Shown here piece by piece: positions 16,201-22,092 of a stretch of DNA of 46,840 nucleotides. This DNA is from a virus (lineage: Duplodnaviria; Caudoviricetes): IMG/VR virus record IMGVR_UViG_3300049889_000013, positions 1-46,840 of that record, one strand, 5' to 3'. Numbering within the stretch: the first letter of the stretch is position 1; each line of letters opens with the position of its first letter. The notes under the pieces are model-generated. The model did no database searches. It worked only from the letters and a program-made list of their open reading frames with translations, and was not told the origin of the DNA. Made by a program: the position numbers and the translations under genes.

Positions 16201-18777
16201 GAATTTGCGCATCCAGTGCTTGATGCCGTCGGGCGTGGGGCTGCCGGTGTCGAGGATCTGGTTGGTGGCGATCTGCGTCGTCTTGCCGAACTTCACCGAC
16301 GGATCCAGCTGCAGCCGGCTCTGCGCGCGGCTCTTCGCCGCCGTCATCGATGAGAGCTTCGGTTTCCAATCGGGCTGTCCCAGGTCGGCCGGCGGCGCCG
16401 GCAGCTTCCGGCCGCCGATCCCCTGTTCAGGTGAGGGCTCGATCCGCCGCGCCACTTCGGCGTCGGCCATGTCGGCCAGTGCCTTCGCGCGCTGCAGGAG
16501 CCCGGTGGTTTTGTCGCGCTCGCCGAGCAGCTCATCCATCAAGGCGCGGTTCTTGCCGTCGCCGGCGATCGCGTCGAGGGCCGGCTTGGTGAAGGAGCGC
16601 GTGCCGTCGGGTCCTTTGGGCGCGTACTGATCGAGCAGATTGCGCGCGCGAGCGATCGACGCTTCGCGCGGGCTCAGCAGATCCGTGTTGGCCGGCTTGG
16701 GCTTGAGTTCGGGCGGGGTCTCGAACGTCGCCTGCTTTAAGAGTGCGTCGATCGCGGCCTGGTCGGTATCGACGCCACCTGCAGGGCCGGCGGCGGCGGT
16801 GCCTGTTGCCGCCGTCGGTGCTCCTGCAGGCTGCTTCGCCGACTGGTCAACGCTCGCGCGTTTGAATTTCGAAAGCAGGTCCGCCGTGCTGGCCAGATCC
16901 TTCAACGTGACTTTGTTGGCATCCATCGCCTGCCAGAAGTCTTTCCCGTTGCTGTAGTCATTGCGCGCTTTGGCCACGCGAAGGGCAGACTCCTTCTGCT
17001 CGGTGCTCAGCTCGATCCCGACGTCGCCGAAGGGCTTGGTGAAGTCGGATCCCACGGCGTTGCGCAGCTGGCGGTTGACCCACAGATCGCGCACGCCGCG
17101 CAACAGCAGGGTTGGGGTGTGCTCCAGGACCGGGTTGAGCATCATCCCCATCGCCGCCGTCATCCGGCTGTCCTGGCGGCTCATGTCCAGCGACTGCAGC
17201 GCGGCCAGCGGGTGACCGTCGATCAGGTGATTGACCGCCGTGAACACAGGCATCTCCGCGCCGCCGGCGAGAGAGCTTGCAGCGAGCTTGGAGAGGATCC
17301 CCGCGTTGTTGAACGCCGTCGGTGCGACCGCGCGGCCGGCCGCCTGAACCGCGCCGCCGATCGACTCTTCGCCGGCGACGGCCGCCACGGCGTTTCGAAT
17401 CGGTTGGCCGATCGCGGGCCCCAGCGCTTTGCCGAGGAACCATGCCGGCGAGCCGGGCGTCATGTAGCCGAGCGTGCTGGCCAGCATCGAGTAGATCGGA
17501 TGCTGTGTCTGGTACCCGGCGCGGAAGGCGTCGTACTTCTCTTTGTTGTCCGCGCCGCCGAGGCGGGCGATCTGCGCGGGGAGCCCCAGATCTGCAGCGT
17601 TCACCCATTCGTTGAACGCCGCCCACAGAGGATGCCGCGCCGCGGCCGCCGCGCCGGCGTTGCCGACTTCGACCTGGTGAGCGGCCTGCACGATCGCCTG
17701 ATCGTTTCCCGCCTGGCCGGTGTCATCGTCTTGAAGGGGGCCGGACGTCTGGCGGCGCTGGATCCGCTGCGCCGCCGAGCTGGCCAGCGCGGGAAGCATC
17801 GCCTTGGCGATCGCGTCCCGATACAGATCCGGGTTGCGCTTCACCAGCTCCAGAATCGTGCCGTCGGACTGATCCTTGAGCCCCGGGCCGAAGTTGGGGT
17901 CGGTCTTCAGCGCCTGCACGACGAGCTGCTGGCCCTGGTGCTCCAAAACCTGCGTGTCGAACTTGCTGAGCTGATCATCCGACAGATCCTTCGCCGCGGG
18001 ATACTTCGCGCGCAGGGCCTGAACGCTGGCGCTCTTCTCGGCCTGCTCGCGCTGCTCGATCGTGCCTTTGAGCACTTCGGGCATCGGCTGGCCGTCGGGG
18101 ATGAGCGCGCGGGCTTCGTCGATCATCGATTGATCGTGAAGGAGCGGCCGATCGGTGTTGTGGAACGCCGCCTGCTGCAGCTGGTCGATCGGCACCGCGT
18201 TGCCGGCGGCGTCGGTGTGATCGCCGGCGAAGTCGAACACCTGCAGATCCGGGGGCAGGGGCTGATTCGGATACTTCACCATGAACGCGCGGCGCAGCTT
18301 CTGCCACGTGTCGTAATCGAGTGACTGAGGGACCGCGCCGTTGATCGCGCCGCGGACGTCGCCGCCGACGGTCGTTCGCGGCTGCATCGCCTGCTGCAGA
18401 TCCGCCGCGGCCGCGTTCACCCGGGTGTTGTCGAGTTCTGGTACCTGGAGCTGGCTGAGGCGCTTGAGGTACGGCGCGAGGTTGTCGCCGGCGTCCATCG
18501 CCGTGTGCAGTTTGAGCGTGGCTTCGGCGACGTCGAACGGATCGCCGCCCTTTTGCATCGTCACGCCACTGGAGTCGCCGACGATCTGCGTCTGGCGCAT
18601 GTCCATGCTCGGCGCGGGCGGCTGCGCGTCCGGCAGCTCGGCAACCGCCGTCGAGCCGGTGAAGTTGTTGGTCACCGTGTCGCCGGCGGGGAGTTGTGTC
18701 GTTCCCTCCGGCTGCGCGCGCATCGTCTGCGCGGTCGATTGGCTCAGCTGCTGCTCGGCGAGGTCAAAAGCATCCAT
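7267..18777 (-). CDS. Giant polyvalent (probably virion-ejected) protein, 3836 aa
   Basis: ParB-like (PPIVVRK...VLDG), possible ART-like (IHGT..NL..I..DGI), DdrB-like ParB (LIPSHD...QERDY...GPP...GGNSR), Strawberry-notch-type SF2 helicase (DDVGVGKS, DEAH, TATP, GINLQ, QSLGRVDR), zincin HEVGH, LPD38-like C-terminus (RDVTVDF.RGG..FFNA..QG). Confidence 0.85.
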   Translation of the reverse strand: MDAFDLAEQQLSQSTAQTMRAQPEGTTQLPAGDTVTNNFTGSTAVAELPDAQPPAPSMDMRQTQIVGDSSGVTMQKGGDPFDVAEATLKLHTAMDAGDNLAPYLKRLSQLQVPELDNTRVNAAAADLQQAMQPRTTVGGDVRGAINGAVPQSLDYDTWQKLRRAFMVKYPNQPLPPDLQVFDFAGDHTDAAGNAVPIDQLQQAAFHNTDRPLLHDQSMIDEARALIPDGQPMPEVLKGTIEQREQAEKSASVQALRAKYPAAKDLSDDQLSKFDTQVLEHQGQQLVVQALKTDPNFGPGLKDQSDGTILELVKRNPDLYRDAIAKAMLPALASSAAQRIQRRQTSGPLQDDDTGQAGNDQAIVQAAHQVEVGNAGAAAAARHPLWAAFNEWVNAADLGLPAQIARLGGADNKEKYDAFRAGYQTQHPIYSMLASTLGYMTPGSPAWFLGKALGPAIGQPIRNAVAAVAGEESIGGAVQAAGRAVAPTAFNNAGILSKLAASSLAGGAEMPVFTAVNHLIDGHPLAALQSLDMSRQDSRMTAAMGMMLNPVLEHTPTLLLRGVRDLWVNRQLRNAVGSDFTKPFGDVGIELSTEQKESALRVAKARNDYSNGKDFWQAMDANKVTLKDLASTADLLSKFKRASVDQSAKQPAGAPTAATGTAAAGPAGGVDTDQAAIDALLKQATFETPPELKPKPANTDLLSPREASIARARNLLDQYAPKGPDGTRSFTKPALDAIAGDGKNRALMDELLGERDKTTGLLQRAKALADMADAEVARRIEPSPEQGIGGRKLPAPPADLGQPDWKPKLSSMTAAKSRAQSRLQLDPSVKFGKTTQIATNQILDTGSPTPDGIKHWMRKFAPGPENQSDAVPPIVVRKLANGGWQVLDGADQLAAAQNAGFKQVPVIEAIGAPEPARSTKTEVKKPTGVAPTSMIKNRAEQKAGLMRAVKPGEVIHGTDARNLQLIARDGIHPSRLSGDIDAELVPAGGFGSDTPSTAITYAVGRSSELPVAVVLKPGTNRGTPAKGLVNHIAVTSEGKSYVHPDDVEAVVFPDGTRLPLKEALKHYDQLKGQLQNRLPEKAPVAADLESGLAGNKDLLHQLKGEAVKTGELAARAKETVERLEPARAGDTLPAEKGGTNHGSNQQVQDDGREVEGNDEAQLGSTAGEEGRLEEERQGQGRLLNDEKPAAGVRATAGDLPPGGNPTGTPTWIPPAITEPGASKIVNQGPYQFTHRADGKIKVSRAGRFIKLTPELEAKARKALGIEPVEQLPAIKQLVGRAQPIETATDPVPSAYAIVSAKDLIPSHDAHTFKPSEKYPPNVQERDYQHSKDEKAKVQQNDLDFNPVWLLTDNPDPVNGPPMILPNGRVMGGNSRAMVIQRVYGMGGVMRGDGKSTRATNFRSLVIGSAERFGIRKEDAAGVEDPVLVRVIQEETNDPARMRVLVRVLQKGRTQEMSGAMDAASRARILLDSPGTLERLQSVLGDDESIREVMSTPAKVAELKSWLIKSEVLTKQEYARFEHPETGMLSEDGKRLIERILQAVAIPDVGVFDNLPAATANKITGNLFGIVYPKTLGREWDFTADLQQALYGFLRWRAAQAPLDAWLKGEAADGQKLMVADRITESDMKRARLLLRRLVNDNSVGWRERIRAYMDHARNFRPGETTFAFATDSQVTPAKAWAAAFENDVPTDRAGKPVTAGKLERAGGGLFGGGPEKYFSTLDELRDMLSYPELMSQTLRGALHMPRRITGQGPTFMATAGGDQSINPAELLKDPAVAERLARIATFHLEQQAEAGDKMLRRWAEGVRSDLSGILKDLGYTVEDSGFTDLLSKLWSDLAADEDVKSAIGELPPFKREAASDRLRKASAAQGRAGATPTGGAGDGSAPGGELVGGSDVRPGSGNAGVVPGSEGSGAGLPDEPGRRDGLPEWLGPGQSAHYLDALRSDRVSPYVPLPPWRRGHHHPRLLVESKALAGVRAGDLAGYELDPRAAADVSDPQRDQAAAIGYRIHVANAGALIADDVGVGKSRVIGATIADQIYRSLAGLSGKRKILVLTKNRQNIADLINTFTVEQRATFDPLAAQGLSIVNASGMEPAGLTQYQTRNAPTVMLGDSFNLVKYLKPFTDWRPDLVIVDEAHLLSNLEGDTQRANALELLHEALLPSGQRHFVYMTATPASDIAALKFMYGLRLWDPPKMAEKLSTSTFDGWLQNATGISKAGSWRESIATPIIEQLMRELKMDNAYHSLDFWRGGFEFNMREAAVTPEQLALYDVMAENLNHAIRLYASARKLVNNSKWPHPKKKGQLWSPPRPDGQAIFFIKRLLVEYRLPAAIAEAQAALARGEQVVFKILGVSDTHLTGQGGNLGAVLDAIPTQRAVKDAKGEIQKWEDQPDAIAALKAIRQQLAATGRDKSPSPLQKILDAFGEKNVAAIVGATSPKARIEQNAEFQSGKRKVAVISPAGTTGINLQDLGSGRRFMVVLDLDWDSKEFKQSLGRVDRANQVTSPAALTIFTPIAGERKFQATIAARMKSLGAISKGQEDAGAESDALNDFDMESSTWHRAINETVRALPRQQQDLLLHQGKLDEDDLSWRDFQNDLMMLPHQLGNEIYDKAHARWQELEAIESAKTGGKVARRNRGMIRQSIELDTNHPLQIHTVESTTGETYGILQGKLLTRPKDAVPLPVIQDAIYGKSGSQALRNHYVTMQQGENVVSGLYVPRGKIETVKALFGKSSQRNLFTPPEGGGQPAELPTSIVDQLPPQLQLHATTPNIPPAVLSAKHQPQTMSRQQITDFVINKLKLAVAVGKQRRLAGPKRRALGYYWNKLIRQHVANQIAVLAHEVGHAIDDRITGLKPPATFDTELLPLGRRTSRKSYTKAQVRKEGVAEWFRIFMYDPVQAQTLAPGYSTWFEGETLKEPELWQAIKELQGMYAQYLAQDPVQKLESQINFDDDGPTIRSPRGNEGAYSYLYRHIADHFAPLDWMRKDIIGGGQLPDTFDADAYVAARLNAGNPGMVLSWVKYGVRDRDGRTVAKGIEPVMRENGIRSAKQIRNFEAYLVAQRADELYTQAATVDPTTGKHVRELKHVVDPEAGPLGVSWDQAKATIAKYESPAFRAAAQGVWRWNHAVLKSYMEQSGFFAPGQIDAVIALNQRYVRWSRVLDYMEQHGSSAGLVDKGKALHQIRGSGRRIERPIGAMIRNIRRMVDLVDGNRAGLLAFELIRKGKDYTYADKITRPIAPTSGQLEEIKKYLIAAGADPLDFEPSGPGGTIPPKIDLQQTFTIFRPIAHNPRDLEIALRVAGKIHVWQLHDPALYDAVTARTTSLDSKNLILRVLTLPASIMRRGFTLYLNFVTGNVMRDTITARMQTRYGFLPIVDNAVGLYHLLRRDETYQLYLHSKASHAGMVGSMDDPIEREMHKLYRSAFGSAKHWLNMPARFIDLLEALSNGSDDATRLGEFARALKKEGVNREGLARASLAARDVTVDFNRGGSWAKDVGKLRAFFNAMIQGTDTFARNVKNRPGTMFIRSLPLVAMSLLLNYLCKDNPDYQERANERQGYWLFPIGDPKTTRSWFRFRKPQEWGFVLGTALPAMIEAALNEDPKLLQELIPSPGAALNMALDMVTALKPLYEVAANYDYFNQRPIVPDDLKRLEPELQQKRFTSETAKFIGKHLNMSPLLIDHLIYGYTGTFGRSVVKSIDDGVFRPLAGITKTPPPADDWKQSIPGLQMMFGRELEPSSAQSLADFYALSDRLDRVKASIPHYSGDQLKSYIARNRDVLQKADQIKAAGQALKDLRAAMTGVYESDALTPEVKRQRLRVLMAQMVNIARGIGGKSRYPATPGGK
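12732..13205 (-). CDS. Candidate nested +1-frame gene within the giant gene (157 aa)
   Basis: GAGAGG SD 6 nt before GTG. The first ~110 codons are GC3-rich and protein-like, while the main frame there is largely a Gly-rich linker with atypical codons. Confidence 0.55.
   Translation of the reverse strand: MIDFGRQARLKDVLERLQQEGPGTAPHLGESWSEVLTFDQDQVTPAWFPEVKDREQAFLTSLDDAMGYLSGSDQDSPRIISTHSAATGLALMFRFLRGGGDIITPDFSSNQKPSPASAPGTSPATSSTPAPPPTSPTPSAIKRPRSGTGSTSPTPAR
15231..15359 (-). CDS. Candidate nested +1-frame Lys-rich peptide (42 aa)
   Basis: TGnTACACT extended -10 (15394-15386), AAGGAGG SD (15374-15368), ATG...TAA: MAATNKSKMMGAKSKATTKRNSARPPAKKGGSKKSGKGKGGY. Confidence 0.65.
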   Translation of the reverse strand: MAATNKSKMMGAKSKATTKRNSARPPAKKGGSKKSGKGKGGY

Positions 18778-18796
18778 GCGCTTGTCCTGTGGGCGT

Positions 18797-19819
18797 TCAT
18801 CCGGTTGGTTGCGTCGTCGGGTTGGCGGCCGTCACGACGGGGGCACGTTCGCCGCGCTGCGCCGCGGCGCGGGCCTTGGCTGCAGATCCGTACTTCTTCA
18901 CCAGGTAGAGCACGTCGGCCTGACCGACGGGCGGCACGTTCGTGATCGACGTCGAGCCGGCGGCGCTCCCGCCGGCGGCCGCGGCGGGCGCCGGCGCGGA
19001 GCTGGTGTCTGAGCCGCCGCTGACCAGGTCGAGCATTTGCTGGTTGAGATCGTCGAGCTGGCCCTGCAGCGCCTTCTGCCCCGCGTCATCGCCCAGGAGC
19101 ATCGGGCTGGCGAGGCGCTTCTGCAGGTTGGAGATCTGATCGTGGAGGATCTTCGCCTTGCCGCGGGTCTCGGCCTGCTGCTGCGAGACCGTCATGCGCT
19201 TGTTGTCCATGTCGAGCCGCGCCTGCTCGTAGGGCGTGAGCTGGTTGTCGGTCGTGTGGCTGGCGGCGCGGAGCGCGAGCTGCTCGTTGACCGTCTGATC
19301 TTCAAAGGGGTTCTTGCCGCCGACGATCTGCGCGCGGTACCGGATGGCTTCTTCGGGGCGCAGCGCTCCCTGCTGCTCCATCTGCTGCACGTACCCCATG
19401 AGCTGCTGCTGCTGCGGATTGAGATAACCGCCGCCGGCGAGCACGGCCGAGGATCCGCCGCGGCCGCCGCCCATCGGTGGCGATTCACCCGCGGGGTGAT
19501 AGATCGTTGCGCCGGGACCGCCGCCCTGACCGCCGACGAGAGCGCCGTTGGTGTCGATCATCGCCGGCGTCGACGCCTGAGGCGCGAGCTGCTCGGTGTA
19601 GCCGCCGCCGACTTGGCCGCCGGCGTAACCCTGCACCTGGTCATTGAGCTGCTGGCTGTGCTGGTCGGCCGCGGCCATGCGCGTGTTGAGGCCCTGCTGC
19701 GCCAGCTGCTGAGCCTCCAGCGACTGCTGCATCTGATCGCGGTTGGTGGCGTATCTCGACGCCTGGCTGCCGAGCGTGGCGACCAGCGCCGGATCGTCGT
19801 ATCGAAGAACAACGGGCAT
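18797..19819 (-). CDS. Putative internal virion/ejection protein
   Basis: Gln/Gly/Ala-rich and helical; lies between the tail genes and the giant gene. Confidence 0.55.
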   Translation of the reverse strand: MPVVLRYDDPALVATLGSQASRYATNRDQMQQSLEAQQLAQQGLNTRMAAADQHSQQLNDQVQGYAGGQVGGGYTEQLAPQASTPAMIDTNGALVGGQGGGPGATIYHPAGESPPMGGGRGGSSAVLAGGGYLNPQQQQLMGYVQQMEQQGALRPEEAIRYRAQIVGGKNPFEDQTVNEQLALRAASHTTDNQLTPYEQARLDMDNKRMTVSQQQAETRGKAKILHDQISNLQKRLASPMLLGDDAGQKALQGQLDDLNQQMLDLVSGGSDTSSAPAPAAAAGGSAAGSTSITNVPPVGQADVLYLVKKYGSAAKARAAAQRGERAPVVTAANPTTQPTG

Positions 19820-19825
19820 GGATCA

Positions 19826-20377
19826 CTACACCTTTCGCGCCGAGCTGCCGATCGTCGTCTGACCCAGGGGGATCAGCGGCGAGCCGCCAGTGCGTGGCGC
19901 GCTGAAGAGGTTGGCGTACATCGAGAGATCCGGGCCTTGCTCCTGCACGTTGTTGAGCACGCCCATTTGCAGATTGGCCTTGTCACCTTGGATCTGCTGA
20001 CCGCGCTGGAAGGCGGCCGTCTGCGCGTTGGTCTGCATCGCGTTCTGCGCCGAGCTGTTGAACAGCCCGCGGCTGATGAGGCTGGCGTTGCCCTGCCCGA
20101 GCTGCTGGCGGTAGAGGTTGTTGCTCTGCGTCGTCTGCGCCGCGCCGAATTGCTTGGCCAGGCCCATCATCTTGTCGAAGCGAGCCTGCGCGTCGGTGTT
20201 CGCTTTGTTGAACTGGTTGACCAGGCCCTGCGCGAGCGCGCTGTCACCGTTCTGGCCGCTGCCACCCATGAGCCCGCCGCCGCCGCCGTAGAGCGAAGCG
20301 GATCCGCCGCCGCCGTTGGGCGTGACGCTGAGCACGCGCGGCTGCAGGAGCGAATCGTTCAAATCCATCATGCCCAT
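19826..20377 (-). CDS. Putative internal virion/ejection protein
   Basis: Gly/Gln/Asn-rich, with an SRGLFNSS segment; position fits podoviral ejection proteins. Confidence 0.55.
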   Translation of the reverse strand: MGMMDLNDSLLQPRVLSVTPNGGGGSASLYGGGGGLMGGSGQNGDSALAQGLVNQFNKANTDAQARFDKMMGLAKQFGAAQTTQSNNLYRQQLGQGNASLISRGLFNSSAQNAMQTNAQTAAFQRGQQIQGDKANLQMGVLNNVQEQGPDLSMYANLFSAPRTGGSPLIPLGQTTIGSSARKV

Positions 20378-20389
20378 CGGAAACTCCCG

Positions 20390-21217
20390 TCAGTTGAGAA
20401 CCTCATAGGTGATCAGCTCGGGCCGGAGCGTGTTGCTGGCGCTGGAGGCTGACCACTGGTAGGTTGGTTTGATCGTGGTGCTCGCCGTGACGTCGACGGA
20501 GGTACCGCTCGTGGCGCTGACCGAGGCCGAAGCGCCGCCGAGGTCGAGCCGGCCGTGACAGCGCACGCTGGCGGTGGATCCGCCGGTGCTGCAGACGACG
20601 ACGGCTTCGAAGATCCCGTAAAGGTTGCTTGCGTTGTTCAGGGCCGTGGACGTGCAGGTGAGGACGATGTCATTCCCTGCCCCGACGACGCGGATGCGCG
20701 CGGTGATGGTCGGTGTGCCGGTGCAGCTGTAGCGAAACACCTGGCGGATCCGGATCACGCGGTTGGTCTTGAGGAAGTTGCCGGCGACGGTCAGGCGCTT
20801 GGTGGAGTCGACGTCGTTCTCCGCGGCTGAGCTGACAATCGATGTGCCGTTGCCGGGGTCGAGCAGCAGCACCCCGACCTCGCTGTAGATCTGCCCCGCC
20901 AGCTGCGTTTTGACCTGCTTGTCGGCGGTGTCGTACCAAACCGCGCCGTCGTTGCCGGTGCCGGCCGTCGCGCCGTTCAGCTCCTGCAGAAAGATCCCGG
21001 TGGCGTCCAAACCAATGCCGGCGTGGCGCTGCACGGCGAGCCCGCCGGTGCGCGCGAGGGAGTTGTCCGCGATCTTCACGCGGATGCCTGTGGAATCCTC
21101 CAGGCCCGGATCGGTGGCGACCGTGAGCTTCGCGAACGTGACGGCGCCATCGGCCAGATCGATCGTGTTGACCGAGCCGTCCTTGACGTCCTGAGTTGTG
21201 ATGCGTGTCACGCCCAA
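20390..21217 (-). CDS. Tail fibre/appendage protein
   Basis: DGSVNTIDLADGAVTFAKL repeats and a beta-rich C-terminal domain; TTG start. Confidence 0.55.
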   Translation of the reverse strand: MGVTRITTQDVKDGSVNTIDLADGAVTFAKLTVATDPGLEDSTGIRVKIADNSLARTGGLAVQRHAGIGLDATGIFLQELNGATAGTGNDGAVWYDTADKQVKTQLAGQIYSEVGVLLLDPGNGTSIVSSAAENDVDSTKRLTVAGNFLKTNRVIRIRQVFRYSCTGTPTITARIRVVGAGNDIVLTCTSTALNNASNLYGIFEAVVVCSTGGSTASVRCHGRLDLGGASASVSATSGTSVDVTASTTIKPTYQWSASSASNTLRPELITYEVLN

Positions 21218-21273
21218 CGGGCGCGCTTCCTACAGCCCCGGAAGCCTGTCGCCGGCGGGAACCGGCTGTGTCA

Positions 21274-21732
21274 TCACTTGCGATAATCGACGAGCAGAAT
21301 ATCTCCGGTTTGAGGCAAATTGCCAGCGAGGAAGGTGATGGTCCCGCTGGCGATCGTGTAATCGTTGCCCGCGCCGGCGCGCTGGCGGATCCCGTTCTTG
21401 TACAGCTTCACGCTGCCGGCAACCGGCGTGTTCGCCAGCGTGAAGGTGTCGTTGATCCCATTGACCGAGCCCGTCGGGGTTTCGCTCTCGATGATGTTGG
21501 CGGCGGTCAGGCCGTCGGCCCACTTCATGCCGCCGGCACTGGCGCTGTCGGCGACCAGGAGCTGGCCGTCGGTGCCCGCGGCGAGGCGGATCGGCTCCGT
21601 CGAGAAGGTGATCAGATCGCCCTTCGTCGTCAGGATCCCGAGCTTGTCCTTCGTGACGCAGTCGTCGGCGAGATCCGCCGTCGCCACTTCCGCATCGCCG
21701 ATGTCCTGGCTCCTGATGTTCGTCTTGCCCAC
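21274..21732 (-). CDS. Tail fibre-associated protein
   Basis: LTTKGDLI...RLAAGTDGQLLVADS..GMKW segment plus an ETPTG.VNG.N.TFTL...DYT domain. Confidence 0.6.
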   Translation of the reverse strand: MGKTNIRSQDIGDAEVATADLADDCVTKDKLGILTTKGDLITFSTEPIRLAAGTDGQLLVADSASAGGMKWADGLTAANIIESETPTGSVNGINDTFTLANTPVAGSVKLYKNGIRQRAGAGNDYTIASGTITFLAGNLPQTGDILLVDYRK

Positions 21733-21779
21733 AGGGGATCTCTCTCACAGCTCCACACTGACGCCCGCCGGGAAGCGGG

Positions 21780-22091
21780 TTATTGGTCGATTCGGTACCA
21801 CGCGATGATTCGATCGCCGGTCTGAGGCACGTTGTCATCTGCGAACGTGATCGCGGCGCCGCTCAAGGTGTAATCGGCTGATGCGTCCGCGGTCTGCAGC
21901 AAGCCATTTTTGAACAACTGCAGCGACTGCCCCGCCGGCGCGTGCGCGAGCGTGAAGGCCTTGTTGGCGCTGTCCACCGTGCCGATCGGGATCTCGGCGT
22001 CGATGTGCAGATGCGCCAGCCCGGTGCGCGCGAGCCGCCCGATCGCGCGGCGCGTGCGGGCCTCTCTGCTGGCGTTGCGATCGACGGGCAT
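21780..22091 (-). CDS. Virion protein, paralogous domain to 21274..21732
   Basis: EIPIGTVDSANKAFTLAHAP...LFKNG..Q...DYTLSGAAITF....PQTGD aligns with the neighbour's C-terminus. Confidence 0.6.
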   Translation of the reverse strand: MPVDRNASREARTRRAIGRLARTGLAHLHIDAEIPIGTVDSANKAFTLAHAPAGQSLQLFKNGLLQTADASADYTLSGAAITFADDNVPQTGDRIIAWYRIDQ

Positions 22092-22092
22092 G

